NCBI RefSeq assembly: GCF_964188315.1
Contig: NC_135662.1
Coordinates: forward strand, 7,502,001-7,566,000
Direction of reading: 5' to 3'
DNA: 64,000 nt
Source of the DNA: Podarcis muralis
Lineage: Eukaryota
Positions 1 to 10,873 of this stretch are shown piece after piece. How positions within the stretch are numbered: the first letter of the stretch is position 1; the number at the start of each line of letters is the position of its first letter. The position numbers and the translations under genes are program-made. The notes under the pieces are model-generated. The model made no database searches. It had not been told where the DNA came from and saw nothing but the letters and a program-made list of their open reading frames with translations.

Positions 1-683
1 CTGTTGATGTCACTTTTAGAATGGGTGAGCTGCTTGCTGCCGGTGGGTTGGATAAGCGCATTAGCGCATTGTGCTGGGGCAATTAGTTTGTTCAAGTCCA
101 AAATGAATCAGTTTAAGAGGAGGCCAGTTATTGACCACCCCCCTTAGGAGATGGGGTGTGGAAGGCAGAAGGAAGTAGAATATTCTGTGCTGATAAAAGT
201 AGGGGGACAGGGCATTTTCAGAAATGAATGTAACTCCAAAGAAACAGCAGATGTTTCGTCAAGCTTCCAGCGAGATGTTCAGAGCTCCAGCCACTAATTT
301 TTATCTGTTCTTCAGCAGCTTCTCAATATCACATGGTAAGATTTTCCCCCACCATTGGTTATCAATATGGCTTATGTAGGAGGAGAATCTTAACTTCTAA
401 AGCTTCATGTCATACAAAGGAGTTCTTAAGGAAAGTGGGTAAGCAAGTTCTAGGCAGAAGGAACCAGGCAACCAGTGTACAAAAATATCCTTACTGATGA
501 TGCCATGTTTTACCTTCCCATGTTCAAGCCAGTTAACAGCATTGTTGAGTACACAATAAATGATATGCATACAAGGGTGTATCAAACACAAGACACATCA
601 TAATAAGAAAATAATTCATAAAACAAGCTCTTCATAAAGGCCAACTCTTCAGTTTCCCTTCATGACTTATGATGTGTCTTATG

Positions 684-718
<35 letters not shown>

Positions 719-982
719 ACTATGGCTTCAGGATCAGTGGGAAGTGGAGGAGAGTTAGGTGGACTTACGACAAATAACCATTCAGACCTTCTGACATCAA
801 TGCCCAATTCTATTCACGCATTTCCAGGATGTTTCCAAGCACAAATACCTCATTGTTGACATTTATTTTCTCCACTCTCCGAGCTTATGGAGTATGGCCC
901 ATTGACAATTTTTAATTAGAAAAATGCTTGACTTTCGGTCAGAGAGCCCCACCACTGTCACTGCATAAGCTGGTATAGCAGA

Positions 983-1025
<43 letters not shown>

Positions 1026-1366
1026 AAATAATAATAATAGCCAAGAACAAAGTAAAAGAACCACAAAGAACTGCCAGCATCACTCATCTGAGACCTCCAG
1101 TTATAGGACAGTATATGAATTCAAAAAATAATATTAATATATAATTCTGCCATTGAAAATAATGGAAAGAGGGTTTACCTCTATGTCTCCCCAGAGATAT
1201 ACAATCTGTGGATATTAACAAGTAGACTTATAGTAATAAGTTACTGAGTTCAGAGTAGAACAATTACCTGTCACGGTCCAGTTCATGGGCGGTCGAAGTC
1301 CTGGCAGAGGAAAAAAATAAATGCTCAATCTGAATAAGGCTGCAATCTAGCCAGAACAAGAGACGG

Positions 1367-1458
<92 letters not shown>

Positions 1459-1599
1459 CTACATCATGTCCCCTTCCACCTGGTTATTAGTGGTGATATA
1501 GTTTTGGATACAGGAACCTAAACATGGGAAGTATCAACTTGATATTACTCCACATGAGACTTAAATATGTGATATAGAAGACTCTGTATGAGAATGGTG

Positions 1600-1842
1600 T
1601 ACAGTGGATGCTTGGGTTGCGAACGTGATCCGTGCGGGATGCACGTTCGCAACCCGCAGCATTCGCAACCTGCAGTAGTGCACCTTCGCATGCGTGGGTT
1701 GTGATTCGGTTCTTCTGCGCATGCGCAAAGAACAATTTAGTGCTTCTGCGCACACGCAACCGCCGAAACCGAGAAGTAACCCATTCCAGTACTTCCGGGT
1801 TTTGGCACGTCCGTAACCTGAAAAAACACAACCGGAAAAATG
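1600..1842 (+). mobile_element. Tc1/mariner-type MITE, 3' end deleted
   Basis: Starts TA-CAGTGGATGCTTGGGTTGCG; CpG-rich; absent from paralogous units at the same TA site. Confidence 0.75.
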
Positions 1843-3940
1843 CAATGCCAGGCCCTTGTTATCTGCCACCAGAGCTATCTTGCTTGAGCTTCTGCAGAAG
1901 ATAGTTGGGTGTTGCCTGTGAGAGGAGACACTTATAAAAGCATCAAAACCAAAACTGATATTATGGGGAAAGTAACTATATATGTAATGATGATAGACAA
2001 AAGCATTCCAAAATATTATGGGGATCATTGAAGTTCTGGACCTCAGGCCACTAACCTCTTGTGTTGCAGACATTGAGGGTGGAATGGCTGGGTGGTGGAG
2101 AAGAGGAGTGGGAGAAGGAGTTGAACAGCTCTTGTGTTTAGGAAAACAAAAGCCAGAATGAATTGGGAAGGCATCTGTTTTTTTATTATTATTAAAATGT
2201 GATTTTTAACAAAAGTGGATAATATAAAACTCAAGTCAAATTGAGATTGATAAGAAATATGAAAATCGGAAAAAGATCCACAATAGATAAGCCAGACAGC
2301 AAGATTTTTACAATGTGTAATGAATTAGACAAACCATTACTCTATCCTGCCTAGTACTTTCTGCTCTGACTGGATGTGGGAACCAAAAATTCCTGCCATC
2401 TTCACCTGCCATCCAACTGGTATCCTACTAACAGAACACTCCATGGAGTTAGCTTGTCCCACCTATCAGCCAAAGGTGCACAGCATTGCCATTCAGCTAC
2501 AGATCCCCTCTTACCTTTGCTAATGAATGACATCAAATTTAGCTATTCACATACCTTTCAAAAGCTTTGGATCAGCATCCCTCAGGCAAGGTGAGTGGGA
2601 GCAGCAAGTGGTGCTGGAATAATCAGGTAATCGGAAAATTTGCAGAAATTGTTAAGATGCCTCATCTGGTTCTTAGCAAGATGTGTAGGATCCTTCCCAC
2701 ATGTCTTCAGTTCTGTGCAACCCATTTGCCAGCATCATGTGATAAGATGTTTGTATTCCACATTGGGTCTCAGGATAGCATTTGACAAACTCAGGAGGAG
2801 ATTCTTGCCTTTTAAAGTTCAGTGTCCCTAACAGGAACTCTTGAGAAGAGAGAATTTGCAAGTGGTAAGCAAGTCCAACTTCTCTTTGTCCCTTCTGCTG
2901 ATACAGGAGCCCAAACATGGAAAGTATCAACCTATATTACTGCATATGAGACTGAAATACGTGATATAGAAAACTCTGTATGAGAATGATATACTGGGCA
3001 CATGTTCATGACCGTTAAGTGCCAGGACCTTGTTATCTGCCACCAGAGCTATCTTGCTTGAACTTCTGCAGAAAATAGTTGGGTGTTTCCTGTGAGAGGA
3101 GACAGTTACATAAGCATCAAACCCAAAACTTATATTATGGGGGAAAGTGACTATATATGCAATAATGATATGCAAAAGAATTCCAAAACATTATGGGGTA
3201 AATAAAGTTCTGGGCCACAGACCAAATCCAGTTCTCAATCCTTGGGTTCTATCCTTCTTCAGCAGTCCAACAGCAAGTTAATTCCTCTCTTTTGAAGCAT
3301 CATATTTACTTTCATTAATCGCACACACAAGCACACGCACACTAAGAGAGAGAGAGAGACAGCCACAAACACAGACACAGACACAGACTGCAGGAGCTAG
3401 GATTGAAGACAGTAATATCTCCCTGTTACCCTCCAGGTGCTTTGTGCCATTCTGATAATGAGTGTTACTCGCTCAGGCTGATTTTTGTTTAGCCTTTTAT
3501 GTGAGCAGATTGCTGCCTCTCAATTGCATTAGAGCCTTTGCACACTTTGGTGGGTCACTTAGGTTGTTCCAGTGAAAAGCTAATCAGCTTAAGAGGAGCC
3601 CAGTCATCTTCTCCCCTGCTCAGAGGTGACTCTTTGCTTTGCAGTGCAGAGTGGACTGCATGGTTTCACCTGCCTGCTTTATTCTCATGCCCCATCCAAA
3701 TGCTTCTTAATAAGTGTTGACTAGAATGATGTGTCAAGGTGAGTCCATGGTGATGTCGGTTCTTCATCGTGCAAAGGAGTCTAGTGTAGCTTTGGATATA
3801 GCATCAATGGCTAGCATTGAGCGGAAAGTGCATTGTGGAATGATATGGAACCATCTCCCTCCTATATCCCCTGGTGTTTTTTTCAAAAACGTTATTGGAA
3901 AGATAGAGAAACATTGATGTCACGAATGACTTCTGCTAAT

Positions 3941-4767
3941 TGTCACATTGCCCTATAAAGGTGTAGATGGCAGAACTTTGTGTATTTCAATATGCACATA
4001 GATGGGATCCTCATAACAGAGTCCTGGTTGCGCTCAGGTCCCAAGAGCTCACCTGACAGGGTTAAAATGGGGGGGGGGAGTCCTGGCCATTCCCCTGGGA
4101 TCATGCCAGCTGGCTTTAGCCAATAGCCAGAAGGTGGCGTGATCCTAGGTGCTTTAAAGACAGCAGTGTGATGCAAGTAGGGCACTTGCATTTGCACGGC
4201 TGAACAACCACCCACCCTCCCAAGTTTAGGTAGAGTCGCTTGGCCTTGCTCTGGTTTGGGTCGCATGTATTGGAACAGGGGCTGGATAGGATTTTTTTTC
4301 TCTCCATTTGGCAGATTGGCTTTAGCCATTTGATTTTTGCCTGCCCCTTAGCAAATCATCACATCTTGTAAGGTGGCGGTTAGGCATTGGCTCAGTTGGA
4401 TTGTGGGGAGGGGAGGTGTGGCCATCACCTGCCCCTCCAGGAACTGGGTATTCGGTTAAAGGAATCTGGGGGTCCTGGATCTTGTCCGAAGTCCACTTGA
4501 GGGGCTAGGGCCATGCCAGGACCACAGGAACCCCAAGGTGAGCTTAGGCTGGTTCTCATCAAGCTTGTTCCCTCATTTGGTTGACCCCATTCAACGGTCA
4601 CCCTGAGAGGTGGAGTCAGTTATAGTGGGGAGTCAATGCCTAAGCCAATACCGCTCACGTGATTGTATTTCAATAAAGTTATGGCCAAAATTTGCCCCAA
4701 AAGTTAAACTAATATAAGTGTCCGTGTGTATTTATTTTAGGGGTGGGTCTAGGGGCCTCGAGACGCA
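3941..4767 (+). mobile_element. Solo LTR-like element (unit copy 1)
   Basis: TG...CA termini and AATAAA near the 3' end; related to 35322-36104 and 41160-42043. Confidence 0.65.
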
Positions 4768-4803
4768 ATTATAATTTCTATATCACTACATCCATATAAT
4801 AAG

Positions 4804-4939
4804 CAGTGCTATTTTTCAGCCGTAACTAATTGGAACTCAGTTCCAGCACCTCTCAGGTGCGTGCCGCTGAAATTATAACAGAACAAGGGAGGCCTTTATG
4901 GTGAGTTTCTGCAGCTCTTTTTCTAGAAAAATAGCACAG
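4804..4939. mobile_element. hAT-type MITE (paralogous copies at 10713-10848 and 19405-19540)
   Basis: TIRs CAGTGCTATTTTTC / GAAAAATAGCACAG; degenerate 8 bp flanks ATAATAAG / AAAATAGG. Confidence 0.7.
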
Positions 4940-5347
4940 AAAATAGGGATTGTACTGGTGGAATGTTCTATCATGCTTTTTTAAAAAAATCTGGGAGAAA
5001 CATTTTATTCTGTTTCCTTCAAACATTTGAGCTCTACATGTGAAGATTTCTTTACTTCATTCCCTTTGGCAATGAATCTGTTTTCTATATCATTTAGCAA
5101 GTCATCCCTCTTAACTCAAAGTCTGTTGAAGTGGCATTTCTTTTTATTTCATTTTCTAAAACATACAAAACATTAATCCTGCCAAATGGGCAATCCAGGG
5201 GGCTTTTAGCGATACTCCTGAAACAAGGACAAAAATTAACAGAGTAAATGAATCCAGAATAGTAAAATAGTGAATACAGAGGAAAACAAGTACCAAGAAA
5301 TACACCAAGAGATAGAATATGACACTTTCTGAGCTATTTTGAACTCT

Positions 5348-6343
5348 TCACATCCGGGTTTGGACTGGAACTTCTCGTTCCTCTCTGCAGTTTTCCTCCT
5401 CTTTGAAAAGTCTCTGGAGTATGACCTTCATGCTCTCCCTAGATTGAGCCCTCTTGTTTCTCCCAATCAGGAAATAAATCAGTGGGTTAATACTGCTATT
5501 CAGGCAGCTGCATAATAACCCAACTGGTATTGCAAAAAATAAAACATCATAGTCTATAAGTGGAGTGAAAAAACGGATCAATGAAATGCAAGTAAGTGGG
5601 AAAGCTAAGAAGAGGAAGAAGAGGAGGGCAAGCAGGAGGGCTGTTAAAGCTTTTCCCTTCTTCCTCAGTTGTGATCTGAAGTAAACTTTTATAAACAGGA
5701 CCAGAGTGGAAACAGTCATGAGTGGGAGACAAAGTATAGCATTCATTAGAAGCAGATAGAAAAGGGGATTCATTGTATCTCTAAAATGATAAAGAATCAT
5801 GCCGATTACAGTGAGCAGGAAAGAAGTGATCCATATTGTGGCACACACAAGGGTGGAAAAGTGTGGTGGTCGGTGGCATCTATGCCAAAGTGGGAAGACA
5901 GCAGAAACACACCTGTCAATGCTAATGGCTGTCAACAGATATTGACCAGTGTTGTACATGAACAACAACAAATAGTCGAATACTACGAACAAGTTACTAT
6001 ACAAAGGTAAGAATGAAAATAAACTCAAAATTCTCATAATCGAACAACAAGATAAGCTCATGAGAGCCCCAAGGTCAGCAACAGCCAGATGTAGTATGAA
6101 AGTTGTAAAAGGATTCCTCTTCATGCAAAAACTAAGAAACCAGATGACAGTTCCATTCCCCATAAGTCCAAAAATGCTAATAAGTAAAATGGAGATGGAG
6201 ATAAGAATGTCTGCTATATGATATGGTGATAATTCGTGATCGAAACCATCCTGGGGGGTTAGGAAGTCAGTTCCATTTTCTGCTCCAATCTCTTCCAATG
6301 AAGCATTCAAAGTGGACCAGGATCCCGGGCCATCATTGCTCAT
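5348..6343 (-). CDS. MAS-related GPCR (MRGPR family, MRGPRH/MAS1-like), clade 1 copy 1, 331 aa
   Basis: Intact 7TM ORF with GNGTVIW (TM1), LAVAD (TM2), SIDRC (TM3), AFPL in place of CWxP, and NSSINPLIYF (TM7). N-terminal NxS/T sites; polypyrimidine-AG acceptor 40 nt upstream of the ATG. Confidence 0.95.
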   Translation of the reverse strand: MSNDGPGSWSTLNASLEEIGAENGTDFLTPQDGFDHELSPYHIADILISISILLISIFGLMGNGTVIWFLSFCMKRNPFTTFILHLAVADLGALMSLSCCSIMRILSLFSFLPLYSNLFVVFDYLLLFMYNTGQYLLTAISIDRCVSAVFPLWHRCHRPPHFSTLVCATIWITSFLLTVIGMILYHFRDTMNPLFYLLLMNAILCLPLMTVSTLVLFIKVYFRSQLRKKGKALTALLLALLFFLFLAFPLTCISLIRFFTPLIDYDVLFFAIPVGLLCSCLNSSINPLIYFLIGRNKRAQSRESMKVILQRLFKEEENCREEREVPVQTRM

Positions 6344-6383
6344 CTTGCTGGATCTGGACTTTTGGGCTTTTTCTTGTATAGTT

Positions 6384-6801
6384 CTAACAAGAGAAAATAA
6401 ACAAATGTGGAGTATTCAGGAATTCGGGAATCAAAAGCTAGAATGAATTGGGAAGACATTTGTAATTTTATTGTTATTAAAATGTGATTTTGAACAAAAG
6501 TGGATAAATAAAACACAAGTTGAATTGGGATTATTAAGAAATATGAAAATTAGAAGAAGAAGAAACACAATAGATTAGCCAGACAGCAAGATTTTCACCA
6601 TGTGGAATGTATTAGACAAACCATTACTCTATCCTGCCTAGTACTTGCTGCTCTGACTGGATGTGGGAACCAAAAATTCCTTTCGTCTTCACCAGCCATC
6701 CGCCTGGTATCCTTCTAACAGAACACTCCATGGAGTTAGCTTGCCCCACCTATAAGCCAAAGGTGCACAGCATTGCCATTCAGCTACAGATCCCCTCTTA
6801 C
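6384..6801 (-). other. Predicted 5' UTR intron of clade 1 copy 1
   Basis: Donor AAG/GTAAGA at 6801 and acceptor TTTTCTCTTGTTAG at 6384, both conserved in all three units. Confidence 0.6.
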
Positions 6802-7676
6802 CTTTGCTAATGAATGACATCAAAAGTAGCTATTCGCATTGCTCTCAAAAACTTTGGATCAGCATCCCTCCGGCATGGTGAGTGGGAGCAGCAAGTGGTG
6901 CTGGAATAAGCAGGTAATCAGAAGATTTGCAGAAATTTTTAAGACGCCTCATCTGGTTCTTAGCAAGATGTGTAGGATTCTGTCTTCAGTTCTGTGTAAT
7001 CCATTTGCCATCATCATGTGATAAGCTGGTTGCTTTGTGCCTTGGGTCTCAGGATAGCATTTGGCAAACTCAGGAGGAGACTCTTGCCTTCTAAAGTTCA
7101 GTGCACCAAGCAAGCACTCTTGAGAAGAGAGAGTTTGCAAGTGGTAAGCAAGTCCAACTTCTCTTTGTCCCTATCTGGATAAATATCTTTCTTGATTAGA
7201 GTGTCACCTGACCCATTAACAGAAAGACTAACCAGTGTATTCAGAGAGTAATCAGCTTGCGGTTGGTTCTGCTGGGGAAGGACATAGGCTGGGGTGGAGA
7301 AATATATCTGAAGAACAAAAAAGAGAGTCCTGCTAGATCAGTTCAGTGGCCCTTGCAGTCAATTGTCCTGGTCTCACAGTGGCCAAACAGATGCTTCCAG
7401 GAAGCCCACAACAGCTTCTGTACTCTCCTCCCCGGTGATGTTCTGCTGGCAGGCCTTAATCGCCTTAATTTTCCAACCCCCTTGGGAAAACTTTTACATG
7501 TGTGGGAGGCCAATCTGCTTTTTTTGGTGGGGTGTGGGCACACTTCTGTCTGATACTATATGCACCAGTTCTTTAAAGCCTCTATTTATTGATATTGAGT
7601 ATTCTTCATTCCACCTTGGCGACAAGGAAAAAATTAATTCTCAGTCTGAATAAGGCTGCAATCTAGCCAGATCAAG

Positions 7677-7760
<84 letters not shown>

Positions 7761-8480
7761 ACTGCATGCGCCTTCCATCAGGGTCTAAAAATTTTCCACA
7801 CTCACTCATTCAATATCTCATTCCACTGAGTTTTCTTTGGGGTGTTCTAGGGGTTTTATGCCTTTTATGCTACAGCAGCCTAAACATGGGGAGTATCAAC
7901 TCGATATTACTGCATAAGAGATTGAAATATGTGGTATAGAAGACTCTGTATGAGAATCGTATACTGGGCACATGCTCTTGAGCGTTAAATGCCAGGGCTT
8001 TGTTATCTACCACCAGATCTATCTTGCTTGAACCTCTGGGTGTTTCCTGTCAGAGCAGACAGTTACAAAAGCATCAAACCCAAAACTTATATAATGGGGA
8101 AAATAACTATATATGTAATAACTATATGCAAAAACATTCCAAAACATTATGGGGATGTTTAAAGATCTGGAACTCTGACCACATCCAGTTCTCAGTCCTT
8201 GGGCTGACAACATCTCAATCCTTCTGCAACATTCCAACAGCAAGTTCATTCCTCTCTTTTGAAACATTAGATTTTCTTTCATCAATCATTCAGAAAGCAA
8301 TGTTTTGCTGCACAACTGAACATCTAAAATAACATGAAGATAATGCACTTTGGAGGTCATCTATTTTAACCCCCTGAGCAATGCTAAAATCCTGTGGTCA
8401 CCCTGAAATCAGTAATCCACATTGAATGCCAGATGCATCAGTCCTTTAAAGAATTCTCTTTCTGAATTTGGTCTGGCAAT

Positions 8481-8618
8481 NNNNNNNNNNNNNNNNNNNN
8501 NNNNNNNNNNNNNNNNNNNNNNNNNNNNNNNNNNNNNNNNNNNNNNNNNNNNNNNNNNNNNNNNNNNNNNNNNNNNNNNNNNNNNNNNNNNNNNNNNNNN
8601 NNNNNNNNNNNNNNNNNN
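8481..8618. other. Assembly gap (other gaps: 9174-9306, 47520-47691, 62624-62880)
   Basis: Runs of N. Confidence 0.99.
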
Positions 8619-9844
8619 ACCTGGTTCTTAGTTTTTTCCATTCAGTCATTCCATATCCCATTCCACTGAATTTTCTTTGGGTTGTTCTGTGGTTTTTATG
8701 TCCCTCTCAGTGCTACAGAAAGCATGCCTCTTATGCAATGATGGTATAGTTTTGGATACAGGAGCCCAAACATGGGAAGTATCAACTTGATATTACTGCA
8801 CATGAGACTTAGTTATGTGATATAGAAGACTCTGCATGAGAATGGTCTACTGGGCACATGCTCATGACCGTTGAATGCCAGGACATTGTTATCTGCCACC
8901 AGCACTATCTTGCTTGAATTTCTGCAGAAGATAGTTGGGTGTTTCCTGTGAGAGGAGACAGTTACGAAAGCATCTAACCCAAAACTTATATTATGGGGGG
9001 AAATAACTATATATGCAATAATGATATGCAAAAGAATTCCAAAACATTATGGGGGTAATTAAAGGTCTGGACCTCAGACCACATCCAATTCTCAATCCTT
9101 GGGTGCAATCCTTCTGCATCTGTCCAACAGCAAGTTACTGTAATTCCTCTCTTTTGAAACATCAGATTTACTTNNNNNNNNNNNNNNNNNNNNNNNNNNN
9201 NNNNNNNNNNNNNNNNNNNNNNNNNNNNNNNNNNNNNNNNNNNNNNNNNNNNNNNNNNNNNNNNNNNNNNNNNNNNNNNNNNNNNNNNNNNNNNNNNNNN
9301 NNNNNNTGGAAGGCAGTTATCTTTCTCTGCCACCCATCAAGTGCTTTGTGCCATTCTGATAATGAATGTTACTTGCTCAGGCTGATTTTTGGTTACCCTT
9401 TTATGTGAGCAGCTTGCTGCCTCTCAATTGCATTAGAGCCTTTGCACACTTTGGTGGGTCACTTAGGTTGTTCCAGTGAAAAGCTAATCAGCTTAAGAGG
9501 AGCCTGGTCATCTTCTTCCATGTCCAGGGGTGACTCTTTCCTCTGCAATGCAGAGTGGACTGCATGGTTTCACCTGCCTACTTTATTCTCATGCCCCATC
9601 CCAATGCTTCTTAATAAGTGTTGACTAGAATGATGTGTCAAGGTGAGTCCATGGTGATGTGAGTTCTTCATCGTGCAAAGGAGTCTAGTGTAGCTTTGGA
9701 TATAGCCTCGATGCCTAGCATTGAGTGGAAAGTGCATTGTGACATGATATGGAACCATCTCCCTCCTGTATCCACTGGTGTTTTTTTCAAAAACTTTATT
9801 GGAAAGATAGAGAAACATTGATGTCATGAATCATTTCTCCTAAT

Positions 9845-10676
9845 TGTCACATTGCCCCATAAAGGTGTAGATGGCAGAACTTTGTGTATTTCTATATGCA
9901 CATAAATGGGATCCTCATAACAGAGTCCTGGTTGCGCTCGGGACCCAAGAGTTCACCTGACAGGGTTAAAATGGGGGGGGGAGCAGTAAGTCCTGGCCAT
10001 TCCCCTGGGATCATGCCAGCTGGCTTTAGCCAATAGCCAGTAGGTGGCATGATCCCAGGTGCTTTAAAAACAGCAGTGTGATGCAAGTGGGTCACTTGCA
10101 TTTGCACGGCTGAACAACCACCCAAACTCCCGAGTTCAGGTAGAGTCGCTTGGCCTTGCTTTGGTTTGGGTCACCTGTTTTGGAACAGGGGCTTGGTAGG
10201 AATTTTTTTTCTCCATTTGGCAGATTGTCTTTAGCCATTTGATTTTTGCCTACCCCTTAGCAAATCGTCACGACTTGTAAGGTGGCGGTTAGGCATTGGC
10301 TCAGTTGAATTGTGGGGAGGGGAGGTGTGGCCATCACCTGCCCCTCCAGGAACTGGGTATTCGGTTAAAGGAATCTGGGGGTCCTGGATCTTGTCCGAAG
10401 TCCCCTTGAGGGGCTAGGGCCATGCCAGGACCACACGAACCCCAAGGTGAGCTTAGGCTGGTTCTCATCAAGCTTGTTCCCTCATTTGGTTGACCCCATT
10501 CAACGATCACCCTGAGAGGTGGAGTCAGTTATAGTGGGGAGTCAATGCCTAAGCCAATACCGCTCCCGTGATTGTATTTCAATAAAGTTATGGCCAAAAT
10601 TTGCCCCAAAAGTTAAACTAATATAAGTATCCATGTGTATTTATTTTAGGGGTGGGTCTAGGGGCCTCGAGACGCA
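9845..10676 (+). mobile_element. Solo LTR-like element (unit copy 2)
   Basis: Paralogue of 3941-4767. Confidence 0.65.
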
Positions 10677-10873
10677 ATTATAATTTCTATATCACTACAT
10701 CCATATAATAAGCAGTGCTATTTTTCAGCCGTAACTAATTGGAACTCAGTTCCAGCACCTCTCAGGTGCGTGCCGCTGAAATTATAACAGAACAAGGGAG
10801 GCCTTTATGGTGAGTTTCTGCAGCTCTTTTTCTAGAAAAATAGCACAGAAAATAGGGATTGTACTGGTGGAAT

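Noticed and set aside
984-1040. Microsatellites ((ATT)n, (CT)n, (GT)n, (AAT)n, (CAT)n) as CRISPR-like or coding repeats
   Set aside because: Simple vertebrate microsatellites and retroposon tails; no repeat-spacer structure.
397-1087. Hydrophobic short ORFs as a possible very old MRGPR pseudogene or other membrane protein exon
   Set aside because: Only vague resemblances (KDIFVH, CVLNNAVN); the hydrophobicity comes largely from (ATT)n and (TA)n tracts, and no ordered GPCR motifs were found.
3538-3917. ORFs MHTLVGHLG... and MLTRMMCQG... recurring at 9.4 and 18.1 kb
   Set aside because: They recur because the whole unit is duplicated; non-ATG or weak starts, no domain, and the second is not preserved in every copy.
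5786-6010. Plus-strand ORFs antisense to receptors, BovB, L2 and CR1
   Set aside because: Shadow frames of real coding sequence on the opposite strand.
8422-8749. ORFs containing X runs at the four gaps
   Set aside because: Artefacts of translating through N.
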